A stretch of 64,000 bases of DNA, taken from contig NC_068981.1 of assembly GCF_001194135.2 (NCBI RefSeq), positions 158,876,055-158,940,054 on the forward strand, written 5' to 3'. The notes beneath the pieces were generated by a model. It saw nothing but the letters and a program-made list of their open reading frames with translations. It ran no database searches and was not told the DNA's origin. This DNA is from Octopus bimaculoides (taxonomy: Eukaryota). The position numbers were made by a program, and so were the translations under genes. This document shows positions 11,353-25,284 of the stretch, piece by piece (position 1 is the stretch's first letter; each line of letters begins with the position of its first letter).

Positions 11353-12219
11353 AAGTTATAACCTTTATAATTAAAAATGATAAACACCGTCATGTCATCT
11401 TTGGAGGATATTTTCAAGGCCGCTGTTCTTAGAAACAGTGCCGGTCTGGTGCGAGGTATTTGGATGATGGTTGACTAAAAATAACAACAACCAGATCTTT
11501 ATATCTATCTCATAATAATTTAAAATGATATGATAGATATAGCAGACCTAAAAAGCTGTAAATGAATTATCTGACTGGAAACTTACGATCACAGATGAAA
11601 GAAACAGATTCCCTACCGAAATACCTTAACTACAAGATTCTTGTGTTAGATGGTATGAAGTGTAATGTCATTGCTTTCCCATTAGGCCAATGAGAGGAGA
11701 TTTCAGTCCAAGCCCGAAGAGTCAAAGGGAGACCAGTGACTGTTTACTGGGTCCTTCCTTAAAAAATAAATAATATAAAAATAAAATAAACAAAAAAAAA
11801 ATTTCCAGAGCCCCTTCCCTCCATACCGAGACTAGAAACTTATTGTTTTCACGGAAGCTCTGTCCATACAATAAGATACTATAGGTGTGTCATGTAGTAG
11901 TCTTCACGCGAACTGGTTCTGCAGAAATGTACTGATGGTCGGCGTAGAAACAAAGTCAAAGTGTGTGAAATATCCCCTGTGTTTCCAAAGACAGAGGTAA
12001 ATACTTTTAGAGAGACAAATTGTCCCTTCGTCGTCAATTGTAACATTAGAGACACTTGCAGATAATTTGTAAGTTATTGTAATTGTACAGAGGAAAAAGT
12101 TTACTTTGTATAACTTATTGATAGTCTTCTTTTTATTTATTCACACTGTGTTGATGGCTCGAAGACAACCGACAGATCCGTCGCGTGCAACAATTTTCAA
12201 ATAATCTTTCCCGCTATCG

Positions 12220-12420
12220 GCACAAAGCCTGAAATTTGCGAGGAGGGAGCAAGTCGATTACATCAATATCCAGTTACTCGTCTGGTACTTATCATTTCGA
12301 CCTTAAAGGATAAAGGGCAAAGTCGATCTCAGTGATATTTGAAATCAAAATGTAAAACCGGAAGAAATACCGCTAAGCATTTTGTCAAACGCGGTAACGA
12401 TTCTGCCAGCACGCCGCATT
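12220..12420 (-). mobile_element. SINE family A copy
   Basis: Reverse complement of the family A consensus seen at 7059. Confidence 0.8.
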
Positions 12421-12431
12421 TTATTTTCAAC

Positions 12432-13790
12432 CTAGCAGAGATACCCGACTTTGCTCGGGATTAAAATAGCATAGTTTAGTTTGTATATATATATATATAT
12501 ATTACAGTTTTGTTGAAACGTGATACGGGAAAATGCAGCATTGACGACAAAACATTTGTGGAGTAAATGAAGGGCTAATTTGACTAAGCGATATGACATG
12601 CGTCCATTTGGGGATTCCAGGCCCTAACTTGTCATGGAAAATTGGGTATGGGGTGTATGTGATTTTTGAATACACTGAAAAGTTGTCAGTGGATATAATC
12701 TCCTTTGCGGCGGTCGGCGCTGCGTCTAACACGACCCATTGTATGGTTGACTGTCGAATGAATGTAGGTGTAATGGAGATGTTGTACGTAAATGGGAACA
12801 TTCTGGAAAGAGGCTGCAATGGGAGACGGTAAAGGATGAAGTGAACTGTTGACATGTTGCAGAAGGCGAAGGGTTGACTTTGGATTGCTGGTGTGGCTGT
12901 AGAATAAGAAACATAAAATGAGCCTATGCAGTCAAATGAGAATATGTAGTAATAAATTACTTGATGGCTTACCGCGTGGTTGGTGGGAGTAATTGGAGAA
13001 TATGCTTTGATACTGAAGTCCATGCAGGAAACTGCTTTGTTGAGGCAGTCTTCGGGTTTGTTCGTATTATGCCGAAATGGTATCCATCTTCATTCACAAA
13101 GAGCAGTGGATTTTGGAGCGTATCGCAGGATGTAGTAATTCCTACAAAACTTCTTGGTAAACAATATTCGTTGTTTTCCCTTGTGGAACAAATGCAAATT
13201 GATTTTTCTTTTTTGCTTTCCACTCTAGAGAAGCCAACATTTAATTGCACGTGTGAGAAGCATGACTCTTCCAAGTGAAGTTTGACCCTGGAATTTGTTG
13301 ATATATATTGCGAAGTTGATACGAATAGGAAATTGCACTCTTCTGAATGAAAAGGAAATTTCTGCTCCCAATGGAATGAGAGGAATTCTGGGTATGAAAA
13401 CTTCCTCTCCTTTTCCACACCCAAAGAAAATGGTGGCCTCGATAACATGTGGCATCATCTTTACCACTAGGCACGTCCCATTGCAGAGTGTTGGTGGATC
13501 CAAATTCCTCAATAACATTACTGGAGTTCCAATCTGTGGGGAGGTAGTCCTGGAGGTTCCAATGAATTGAGAAATTCCGTTGGATAATTTACCACCTCTT
13601 CTGGATTAACTGACTTATAGATGTGAGGACTTCCAGGAATGTATTGCAGCAGCTGCTCAATAATTTTACTTAAGTGCTGTTTTTTGGAGCCATTATTGCT
13701 CTTTCACACAGCCAATTGAGATTGTGATAATTTTTTGACTAATGAATGTAAGAAAGACAATCAATTTCTGAAAGTTACTTCGCAAAGAGT
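12432..13790 (-). mobile_element. 5'-truncated Helitron: PIF1-type helicase C-terminus, 3' region and hairpin-CTAG terminus
   Basis: Motifs WLCERAIMAPKN, YPTEFLNSLEPPGLPPH, MLLRNLDPP.LCNGT, VFIPRIPL, RR.QFP.R..FA..INK.QGQT and CFSH.QL.V..SRV are present. The terminus on the minus strand is CCCGAGCAAAGTCGGG-TATCTCTG-CTAG, ending at 12432. Confidence 0.88.
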
Positions 13791-16505
13791 TACCTCCCTT
13801 TTCCACATAATCCAGGAAGGGTAGGTTTCTGCTCTCAGAAGGCCCGTTACTCATTATGTGAAAACTTTTAAGAGTCTAAACCCTTTCTCTGAAACATAAG
13901 TAATGTATGTTCCCAGTTTGGAGAAGATCAATTGTGAACTTCAGAAGTTATGCGGGCTTACACACACATACACACAACCTCACTTTTATATGTATGTAAA
14001 GAATAAAACGTTTTGAATGGTACAACAATGCACTATGATACAAACAATGGGCTATATACCTGTTGTAATTTAGTCATCCATAGTCTGATAATATTTCGGA
14101 ATAAAATTCCTTCTTCAGATATTCTTAGATGGAGTCGCTGCTATAATCGGTTTTCCAACGGCTTTTCTTTTCTTTTTTTTTTTCGGAAGCGTCTCAGCAT
14201 TGGTCTCACGAAGCCCCTTCCGGAATTCTTCTTGAGAAGTGCGCGAGGTCGGCCATGTCTCAATCTTGTGCGTGCTGGTACATCGGTAGCGCTGCTTCTG
14301 AGTTATGTATTATACATGCAGCTTCCTATCCCCCCCTTTTTTGTTATAAATAATAGATGAGCATATTATCAAAAATGAACCTACACGCATCCAGATGTAG
14401 CTAAATAATATATTGATTACCAACCTCTAGCCTGTTGTTAATTTGGGGCCCTAGTCTGTGTATTTCTTATACCTTTCCAACTGTTTTTGACAAGGCATCC
14501 AGAATATCAGTGGGACCTCTTTTTATTCACTTGGGTATCACAATTTTCTGGGCATCATGTGACTTCTCCTTTGTTTGTGTTACCACCTGACAGCTGGAGA
14601 TAACCATGACTGTTTGTTTTAGATGATAACATGCTGCAAGTTTACTCAAAGATTTGAGACTTAGTATTGTAGACGACATTGCAGGACAAGTTCGCCATGC
14701 AGGGGGAAAATCTATGTATATATAGATAATGAACAACAAATCCACACGTTAGAAAAATTTAGTAAAATTATCACAGTTTAACCCTAGATCAACCTGACAG
14801 AAAAGACCTAAGATCAAAAGCAATACAGCTGAAGAAATCCCGTCTTTTTTCTTTGGGCAAGAAACCCAAGATCATATTCTCCAACGTGTTCCCCGCATCT
14901 TTTATTTTATTTTATTTTTTTAAAGCGGAATCTGTAGAAGATTTGACTTGTTTCTAATAGATTGAGCGACCACGTTGAAGTTACCTCGATGGTTAAAGAA
15001 TGGTCGAAGAGTCTAGCGGAAATAGGACGAAGTTCGGGACCATATTGTTTTAGAATGATTTAAAGGTGAATTCTAGTTTAAGCACCCATATAACCCGTCA
15101 TAACTTTTTTATTTTTATTTTTTGGAATTTTCAGAAAGTTTTGCGAATATGTATTCTACACACGGGAAGTTATGCGATCATGAAAAAAAAAAAAAAAAAA
15201 AANNNNNNNNNNNNNNNNNNNNNNNNNNNNNNNNNNNNNNNNNNNNNNNNNNNNNNNNNNNNNNNNNNNNNNNNNNNNNNNNNNNNNNNNNNNNNNNNNN
15301 NNNNNNNNNNNNNNNNNNNNNNNNNNNNNNNNNNNNNNNNNNNNNNNNNNNNNNNNNNNNNNNNNNNNNNNNNNNNNNNNNNNNNNNNNNNNNNNNNNNN
15401 NNNNNNNNNNNNNNNNNNNNNNNNNNNNNNNNNNNNNNNNNNNNNNNNNNNNNNNNNNNNNNNNNNNNNNNNNNNNNNNNNNNNNNNNNNNNNNNNNNNN
15501 NNNNNNNNNNNNNNNNNNNNNNNNNNNNNNNNNNNNNNNNNNNNNNNNNNNNNNNNNNNNNNNNNNNNNNNNNNNNNNNNNNNNNNNNNNNNNNNNNNNN
15601 NNNNNNNNNNNNNNNNNNNNNNNNNNNNNNNNNNNNNNNNNNNNNNNNNNNNNNNNNNNNNNNNNNNNNNNNNNNNNNNNNNNNNNNNNNNNNNNNNNNN
15701 NNNNNNNNNNNNNNNNNNNNNNNNNNNNNNNNNNNNNNNNNNNNNNNNNNNNNNNNNNNNNNNNNNNNNNNNNNNNNNNNNNNNNNNNNNNNNNNNNNNN
15801 NNNNNNNNNNNNNNNNNNNNNNNNNNNNNNNNNNNNNNNNNNNNNNNNNNNNNNNNNNNNNNNNNNNNNNNNNNNNNNNNNNNNNNNNNNNNNNNNNNNN
15901 NNNNNNNNNNNNNNNNNNNNNNNNNNNNNNNNNNNNNNNNNNNNNNNNNNNNNNNNNNNNNNNNNNNNNNNNNNNNNNNNNNNNNNNNNNNNNNNGGGTT
16001 GGTGCATAATTATTGCGGCTTTTTTTCAACAAATTTTATTCAACAAAAATAACAACATACGCAGAGAGAGAGAGAGAGAGATTAACTGTACCCACAAAAT
16101 ATTTTTTATGACAAATAAACTAGCGACAAAACCACCTGAAATTTTTTCCGTGGTAGGTAAACTAACAGATACTAATTACACCTTGAGTAAGTGAACGGTA
16201 CACATAATAAATAATAAAGGATGCCTCGAACACATCGTTACTTTAGCCACTTTTTAAATAAGTAATGAAATTATTGTATACAGTGCTCAGGTGCACTACA
16301 ACATGCTTCGTTTTAATCATGCTCACCAAAACGAAAACAATAAATCTACTTTTTTAAAGGAAAAACTACTGTGTCTGTGACTACAAGTATCTGCAATAAT
16401 TTTATCTCAAACTTCAAATACTGAAGTTTTAATATAATATGACTGTCCAGAGGTGGAATACTTTTCAATGGGTACATAGTTTACATAGATACCGAATTTA
16501 TCAAC

Positions 16506-16582
16506 ATGCTTATTAACTGTAACACGAAAATCATCTCCGATCGTATAATTTTGGTACCGTACGAAGCTGCTCATGTACCAAA
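16506..16582 (+). CDS. NAT9: NAT9 exon 1 (MLINCNTKIISDRIILVPYEAAHVP-K)
   Basis: ATG at 16506 in the context caacATG. The exon ends CCA AA|gtaagt (phase 2). It matches the NAT9 N-terminus ..N.NT......LVPY..HVP. Confidence 0.93.
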
Positions 16583-17041
16583 GTAAGTTCTACTCAACCA
16601 TACAAACCTATTTTTAAATTTTATTTAATGATTTTAAGTTTTGAAGTTAGCTCCTTATTTTGAAAAGAGCTACTTACCATGTCGTTTATCTTGATAGATC
16701 TATGACGTTTGTCGCTATGACAAATAACTTGTTTCTTTTATCAGTAAAACTGATTTTAGGCTGAATCAATAGAGCATCGAATAAATGCCTTGTACTCACG
16801 AGTACTGGAGTCAATATCTTCGATGTCACTATTGACTTTTTGCGGTCCTAATTTCGACATAACTACAGATTTCTGCCCCACCGACTTTGGATGATCATAA
16901 CTTTCAGAAAAATGGATATTTTATAATGAAATTTTCTACGAATATATGTTATATCATGTAGATTCTGAATTTACAAAACTTTTGGGGAGAAAGTATTTTA
17001 GGAGGGGGTGGATGGAGAATTTCGGAAAATTCACCGGCATC

Positions 17042-17719
17042 CACTTCAATTCGTCTTAACTTTCGAGAAAATGGATATTTTTTAATGAAATTCTCTACAA
17101 ATATACCTCGGACTATGTAGATTTCGAGAACATAGGAATTTTGAGGGAAAACAATTGGGGGTTATTTTTGAGGACCGTTCCCCACTCAGGGTGTTTCGGA
17201 ACAAGTTCATATTTGTTTCATTTTCTCCGTTTGTGCATCCGTAGATTTCTACTGAAGCAACAAACGGGCCATGAAGGCAAATGAAGCCCTCACCAGAAAA
17301 CTCTTTATGCTAAAAATAACAGCTACAGGTCTGGTACACAGAAGTATGTTATTAAGACGACTTAACTGTTGCATACGATCTTTTGGATCTTTTCCTTAGA
17401 AGTGTAAAGTATAATTTGTTACATAATCTCTGTAAATATGATATTGAATGGAATAATTCCTCGTTTGAACCTTTTTAATTACATGTGTGTGTGGTAGACA
17501 TCTACGGATGCACAAACGCACACAAAACGGAGAAAATGAAACAAATATGGACGACTTGTTCTGAAACACCCTCGAGTGGGGAACGCTTCTCAAAAATAAC
17601 CCCCAGTTGTTTTCCCCCAAAATTCATATATTCTCGGAATCTACATAGTCCGAGGTATATTTGTAGAGAATTTCATTAAAAAATATCCATTTTCTTGAAA
17701 GTTAAGACGAATTGAAGTG
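17042..17719. repeat. Long inverted repeat (arms 17042-17252 and 17494-17719) in NAT9 intron 1
   Basis: CACTTCAATTCGTCTTAACTTTC...GCATCCGTAGATTTCTAC is mirrored by GTAGACATCTACGGATGC...GAAAGTTAAGACGAATTGAAGTG. Confidence 0.92.
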
Positions 17720-20319
17720 TTGTAATCTTAAAAATCTCATTTCAGTAGTCTTTACAAACCCTATTTCCTTCAGTGTAACTCTCATGCAGAGAATGCTTAT
17801 ATATTGAATGTTGTGCCCCCAAACTAAAGCCTTACAGAATGAAGTCCCTATTTTAAAGGTGGGGTTTGTTGAAAAAAATTATGCTTCTATATTGACCTGG
17901 ACAAGCAGCAACACAGCAGCTCTGTTTGTAATGTTTTGATTGCTCATTGTCTCAGAATATATGAATTTTGTGTCACACTGAGTACAGATTTTGTTATAAC
18001 CTTATTGCAATGCTTTTAATGCGATTCTTTTCAGTTTATCATTCTAACAAATAACTGTTAATAAGAAGTTGGTGTTAGAAAAGAACACTCCCAAAGATCT
18101 AAATAATAGATATTTGAAAAACATCATAATCATTTTATGTCTACTTTCTATGCTGGCATGAAATTGGATGGATCATCACAGTTAAGTCTGTTGGAAATTA
18201 CTGCCCTCTCAGAGGATTGGAGGACTGTCTTGCTTATATGTTTCATTGTGATTTTAGTTTCTATAGCTGGATGCCCTTCCTATCACCAACCACTTTACGG
18301 AATGTACTAGTATTTTATTGTGCTACCAGCACTATGGAGTTGCTTTGTACTCCATAAAATTTGAAGAGTCTTCTCTACCTTATGATGTGCTCATTCACTC
18401 AAGGTAACATGACTGAAAGGTAATTAGATGAATTAAAATGGTGGGGTGAAGGAAACCAAAGAATGTAAAAACAAATTGATGGGATGACAGAGTAGTAGAT
18501 GGAATGAGAAAGTGATGGGTAGTAATAGATGTGGACAATCTATTGTTTCTAAAAACAAAATATTTTGAGTTATTACTTAGGAAACATATCTGTTGCATTG
18601 TTTATGTTTTCCTTTTCCTTTTTCTTTCTTTCTTTTTTTTTTTTTTTTTTTTGTTTTGGTTGACATTTTGAAATGTTAAACTTGAAACATTTGAAATTAT
18701 ATCAGATATAAAATAAGAGTAGAATTTGGTCTGAAATAGATTTCTCATCTAAAATTTTGAAAAATGATGTACTTTAAACATTCTTTCCCTCTCCGAGAAC
18801 CCAGTCAGTGTGTCAACATATGACATGTGAGTTCAATTCCTATAGAGCTCTCAATTTTTATTCACTTTCACATTTGCTTTGTGTATCTGTACAACACCAG
18901 TTACAAACCAATCTTAATTTATTCATCACTAAATGAAATAGTGTAGCTTCAACAACCTACATTCATCACCCTAACAAACATTAACATCAGATAAATAAAA
19001 TACTAGCCATATCCTTAAGAAACAATACAAAATGCTACCTAGCAAACAATCTGTGGTCAGCCAACACATGTATATAATAACATCGCGAAACTATATTTTC
19101 TTGAACTCTTTACCAAAAGATCTGTTCTCTTACCCATTCATTTTAACTTATAGTTACAAGTTTGCCCAACACCTCAGCAAAACAAACACACAGCCTCATA
19201 TACAGGCTGTGTGCATTATATTCCACAGACAGGATATGCGACTATTCTAAATCCATACCAACCGCTCACAAACCTGGCTCTATGCAAATGAAATAGCTTT
19301 TCCAGATTTTATCTCCCTTTTTAGCAGCAACACTGGAGAACATCAGATATAACCTATCACCCACACACATTCACACACCCATCGAGAAAACAGAATTGTT
19401 AAGAATTTTGTATGACCTTAACCCTAAAACAAAAGCAAAAAAAAAAAAAAGCATGCAATGCACAAACACACCTAGAACACTCACAGGTATTATATTCAAC
19501 CATAATAATGAAACAATAACATTGTAAATACATTATGGACTATGTGACTTCTGCTTGGGTTCCAATGTGTCCTTAAGAAATTGTAAATAACACAAAACAA
19601 GATACTTCATGTCATCACAGTCTGCACAATGATCACACCCAAAATACTCAAAATGAATGACAACTTGGATATATGAAAGGTAGAGTTTGGTTGACTTAAT
19701 TCACATATCTCTCAATCCTTTCAACTACATGTGTAATTATCCATAAACACGGTTACACTTTACAAAATATTTCTGCAGCATTATACTAAGAATAAGAACA
19801 AACAAACACCAACATATAACATACATGAAATAGCAGTAGCATCAATAACATTATTAGAGTGAAATACGGCTGGGATGCTTACAATCAATCAGAGAGGAAG
19901 AGAAATTACAACAATCATGCTCCAACAAAGAACACTCTGCCTATACCTATATCATCATCATTATCATCATCATCATCATCATCATTATTTAACATCCATT
20001 TTCTATTCTGGTGTGCATGGTTTGCTAGCAAGTCAGAAGATTGTATCAAGCTCCACTATCTGCTTTGTCATGATTTCTGTGACTGGATGCTTTTCCAAAT
20101 GCCAACTATTCTACAAAGTGTTCTGAGTGCTTTTTACATAGCACCAGCAACAGTGAGGTCACCAAATAATTTACTAGACGAGACCTCCTATGATGAGGTG
20201 TGGGAGTAGTATTGAGGAAGGTGGCTTTGATGTACAAAACACGAACTGAATAGGGAAAAACAAAGTAACACTTTGGCACTGGTACATTGCATCCTACACA
20301 ATAAATCACTGTATAGGTG

Positions 20320-20830
20320 CAAGCATGGCTGTGCGGTAAAAGGCTTAAGCACCATCTGAATGTGATTGATGTCAGCCCCTTTGCCCTGACTGGTTCCTGT
20401 TCTGGTGGCACGTAAAAAGTACCATCCGATCATGGTCGATGCCAGCCCCACCTTGACTGGCTCCTGTGTTGGTGGCACGTAAAAAGTACCATCCAATCAT
20501 GGTCGATGCCAGCCCTCTCTGGCTCCTGTGCTGGTGGCACATAAAAAGCACCCACTACACTCTCAGAGTGGTTGGCGTTAGGAAGGGCATCCAGCTGTAG
20601 AAGCACTGCCAGATCAGACTGGAGCCTGGTGCAGCTTCCTGGCTTCCCAGACCCCAGTTGAACCATCCGATCCATGTCAGCATGGAAAACTGACGTTAAA
20701 CGATGATGATGATGGTCCTGGGTTCAGTCCCACTGCATGGCACCTTGGACAAGTGTTTTCTACTAAGCCTTGTGAGTGAATTTGGTAGACAGAAACTGAA
20801 AGAAACTCATCATATATGTGTGTGTTTGCG
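20320..20830 (+). mobile_element. SINE mosaic with ~58-bp internal tandem units and (GAT)n tail (family D) plus a family B head
   Basis: Tandem GGTGGCACGTAAAAAGTACCATCC units, followed by GGAAGGGCATCCAGCTGTAGAA...CAGCATGGAAAACTGACGTTAAACGATGATG. Confidence 0.75.
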
Positions 20831-22176
20831 TCTCTGTTCTTTACCACCTCTGGACAACTGGTAAAATGCATACTGGAGTAAATATTATGGTCATTAGTTG
20901 CAGACATGGTGCATCAGGTGCAGTGAACCTACGTATGACACTTATATCTGTATCATGAGTTAAATCATTCAGGACTGACGTTGGTCCAAGAAAAAAGTAA
21001 TTAATTCTCCAAATAAATAAATGAATGAAAAGAAAAAAAAAACAACTGCATTGCGGCAGATTTATAACTGGAGCCTGATGCAGCTCTCCACTTACCAGTT
21101 CCAATCAAACTGTATAACCCATGCCAGCATGGAAAAACGGACGCTAAATAACGATGATGACAACAACTTATTTTGAGTAAATGTTTCCAACGTAGACAAC
21201 AGGCCAGAAAATTTGGGGATAGTTGAGTTGATTAAACCAACCACAGTAATTGGTTGATACTATATTTTGACAGGCAATTCCAGAAGGAATGAAAGGCGAA
21301 GTTGACTTTGACATACAGCTAACATCTGGTAGATTGGGTAACAAAGAGCAATAAAAATCGGCCAAGACTTCCGCCCCACCCAACCACCTTTCCCCCCAAA
21401 TTTTTTTTCAACTCAACCCCCCGCCCTCCTTTTCGGCTACGGTGAATATGAATCTGCAAAAAATTTGGCAAAAATCAGCATTTCTAAATTACCACCCACC
21501 CCCATTTCCTTCATTTTTTTCACTTTTTTAGNNNNNNNNNNNNNNNNNNNNNNNNNNNNNNNNNNNNNNNNNNNNNNNNNNNNNNNNNNNNNNNNNNNNN
21601 NNNNNNNNNNNNNNNNNNNNNNNNNNNNNNNNNNNNNNNNNNNNNNNNNNNNNNNNNNNNNNNNNNNNNNNNNNNNNNNNNNNNNNNNNNNNNNNNNNNN
21701 NNNNNNNNNNNNNNNNNNNNNNNNNNNNNNNNNNNNNNNNNNNNNNNNNNNNNNNNNNNNNNNNNNNNNNNNNNNNNNNNNNNNNNNNNNNNNNNNNNNN
21801 NNNNNNNNNNNNNNNNNNNNNNNNNNNNNNNNNNNNNNNNNNNNNNNNNNNNNNNNNNNNNNNNNNNNNNNNNNNNNNNNNNNNNNNNNNNNNNNNNNNN
21901 NNNNNNNNNNNNNNNNNNNNNNNNNNNNNNNNNNNNNNNNNNNNNNNNNNNNNNNNNNNNNNNNNNNNNNNNNNNNNNNNNNNNNNNNNNNNNNNNNNNN
22001 NNNNNNNNNNNNNNNNNNNNNNNNNNNNNNNNNNNNNNNNNNNNNNNNNNNNNNNNNNNNNNNNNNNNNNNNNNNNNNNNNNNNNNNNNNNNNNNNNNNN
22101 NNNNNNNNNNNNNNNNNNNNNNNNNNNNNNNNNNNNNNNNNNNNNNNNNNNNNNNNNNNNNNNNNNAAAAAACACC

Positions 22177-22360
22177 ATTTTAAAATATTAATCTTCCCCC
22201 ACCCTCCAAATTCTTCAATTTTCACTTTTTTCAGAAACTTTACAAAATTGTTTTTTCAGAATCATAATCTCTGTATTTTTCTACGTATTTCGCAAAAAAA
22301 TTTCTGAAAAAAGTGAAAATTGAGGAGTGAGGGTGGTGGGGGAATTAAAAATTTTTAAAT
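22177..22360. repeat. Imperfect inverted repeat (~60-bp arms) next to an assembly gap
   Basis: TCCCCCACCCTCC..TTCTTCAATTTTCACTTTTTTCAGAAA pairs with TTTCTGAAAAAAGTGAAAATTGAGGAGTGAGGGTGGTGGGGGA. Confidence 0.75.
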
Positions 22361-24413
22361 GCCGTTTTTTTTTTTTTTTTTCAGAATCAGAATCTCCGTA
22401 CTCGAAAATGGGGGGGGGGAGTCTGTAAAAAAAAACAAACAAAAGAAAACGAAAGGGTGTGCGGTCCACATTCTTTACGTCCGCCGACAAAAGCTGAAGC
22501 GAAACTCATCTCCCCCACTCTCTTTCTCTCTATGCGTTTGTGTGTGTAACATTGTTGATGTTAGTTGGCGAAGGATATAAATAACATTAAGAAAACTGAC
22601 AACCAAATGTTTTCGAAGTTCCTTTTTTATATTTATTTTGTACTATTACAAAGATGGCTCTTGTTATTCTCACTGTCAGAAATATAATGAACCAGTAATT
22701 AGCCTTCTGTAAATCTGTAACCAACGACATTACTGTTTACTAATCACGATACAGCGCCTCAAAATGCTAATGAAAAATAAATAAATGTCTATTAGTAGAC
22801 GTAGCTATTAAAAAAAAAAAAACTAATGTAATTTGCCTGACGGATTAACAGTAGAGTTATGTCCCTTGCACCAGTCTTTAATTGGATCAATCATTTATAT
22901 TTGTTTCACTTTTCTAGTAGATTTCATTGACACATGGTTGAGAGATAAATACATGATGCAGTAATGTGTGTGATTCTTAAATAAGAATATTATTGACAGT
23001 GATTTCGAAGTTTCGGTCACTTAAGCCATGTCAATAATATTCTTGATTAACCCATTACTTACCAGTGATTTCGTATGAGATCACTTAAAAATTACAAATT
23101 TCGTAATTATCTGTCAATATTTACACATATCTAACCTTTTTGCTATATCTACTAGGTATATTTCTCTGATATTCAAATGAGGTTTGCTCATTTTTCACCC
23201 AATATCTCGCTTATTTCTATTTAAAATGTTATCTTGATCATTCCAGCGTGTTTCTAAGGCTGTTTTATGATAGAAATCAAAGTTTCATTAAAAAAATTCC
23301 AGTTAATACAATTATGGGAGGTAATGGGTTAAGAATAATAAATTTGTACTCTAGAAATATAGAGTAACCCATCAGATTAACGTAAAATTGTTTTCATTAT
23401 AACTGAACATAAAAACAAACATTAACATAATATAAATATGTGTGTGTGTATTGTTTTAGCCATTGGATTACAGACATGCCGGAGCACCACCTCCAAGAAT
23501 TTTTAAACGAATGAATTGACCCCAGTACATTTTTTTTAAAGCCTAGTACTTACCCTATTAGACTATTTTGCCGAACTTCGTAAACACACCAACACTGGTT
23601 GTCAAGTGGTGGTGGAGGACAAACGCAAACAGACAGGCACACACACATCTCTCTCTGTCTGTCTGTCTCTCTGTCTCTATATATATATCATTAACCATCA
23701 TCATTTAACATCTGCTTTCCATGCTGGCATGGATTGGACGGTGTGATAGGAGCTGGCAAGCTCCAGAGCTTTCTTTCTACTTTGTTACCCTAGTGAAATT
23801 CCTTATACATACACACGCACGCACGTGCGTGGGCGCGCGCGCACACACACACACAGCGTGAGAAATATACAGAAAAAGAATGAGAGACAGTATACTAAAT
23901 TTAAAGTGGGGAAGTTCACAATGAGAAAAGCATTAAAGACAGAGAGAGACAGATAGTGAAAGCCACATAGTCAGATGCATGACTGACTATAAAGTTCTTA
24001 GTTTCATCAATAGTTATAGACTTTAATCTTATTTTCTGTTTGAAGTGGTTGTTAGTGGTATTACTATAGTAAGTAGCAAGGATTGTTGAGAATGATGATG
24101 TTAATATCATGGCAAGGTTTTAAAATTTTATACCTCGCTATTGCCAATATTGTAATTTCTTTTTGGAAGGCTATATTAACTAATGACATAATTGACTGAC
24201 ATTTTTGTTTCATGTTCAGTAAACACATTGTTATAAATGCATGATCAGTGAGTGAAGAAGTGTCATGCTCATGTGTATGATGTAACAGTTTACATTAGGG
24301 AGTTAACTCAACTTCCAAGCTTACACTAAAATGTTTATATTGTGTTGGTATGCTCTGTTGCTTGTCAAATTACTTTGTGTTGATAAAGATGTTTTTAGTT
24401 ATGATGTTTGTCA

Positions 24414-25284
24414 TGAAGTACATTTCAGAAGTTTGCAGACTTTTTTAGGACATACTATTATAAATATCTGAGATTGTAATTTTAGTATATCATTACTATA
24501 CATATAATAAGCTGACCTGTCAACTTTTGTTATTCCAGATCGAAGGAGACAGCTGTAACAGCACTTTGAAAACATCCTACTAAACATTGCTCATCACAGA
24601 TGGTTAGTTTGCAGAAAGCAGTGGGGATGCTTAGAAGCTTGTTGTGCAAAAACACTACAGAAATTTATCAAATGCACCAGACTTATTATAGATTAACTTT
24701 TTCTCTGGCACCAAAGTTTCATAGATGATAGAAAGGAGGTGAGAGATGATGAGCAAATTGGGAGTGAGAGGGACATCAGAGCTGGTTGAGGCAATTTGCA
24801 ATTTTCTGGACGAAGACAATTTGTATCTATAAAGACAATAAGCACACAATTTAGAGTTGGTATGGCAACTGTACACAGAATTATTCATGGAAATCTGGAC
24901 ATGTGCAAAATTTGTGCAAAGTTTGTTTCCAGGGTGTTCAGTGTTGAGCATCCTGGTAACCAATTACTTGACAGAGATTGGCATCAAAATTGCCTCTCAT
25001 CCTACCCATAGTCCAGACCTTACTCCCTGTGACTTTTGGTTGTTCCCCAAGCTGAAGGAGAACATCAGGAACAGTCATTTTGATGATGAAGGAGGCTGTG
25101 ACAAAGGTCCTGGACACCTTCACTTTGGAGGACTTCCATAAAGCCTTCACAAACTGGCTGGAGTGCCACAACAAGTGCATTGAAGTCAGAGGATCCTACT
25201 TTGAAGAAAGTTTGGGTTTTGTACTTCCCTGAAATTAATAAGGGTCTCTCCTGAAAAAGTCTGAAAACTTCTTGAATGCACCTT
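24414..25284 (+). mobile_element. Internally deleted mariner-like transposon
   Basis: The right TIR ends AAAACTTCTTGAATGCACCTTG-TA and a decayed left TIR is present. Peptides TVHRIIHGNLDMCKICAKFV and HSPDLTPCDFWLFPKLKE are encoded. Confidence 0.85.

Noticed and set aside
15066-16052. Long ORFs in the track here and at 21437-22307, 38243-39139, 46045-46806 and 49037-49760
   Set aside because: They stay open only because they run through N gaps (about 15203-15996, 21532-22166, 38394-39126, 46106-46709, 49260-49400).
20370-20560. Regularly spaced repeats resembling a CRISPR array (also ~49030-49230 and 49950-50060)
   Set aside because: The 'spacers' are themselves repeated. These are internal tandem units of a SINE family in a eukaryotic context with no cas genes.
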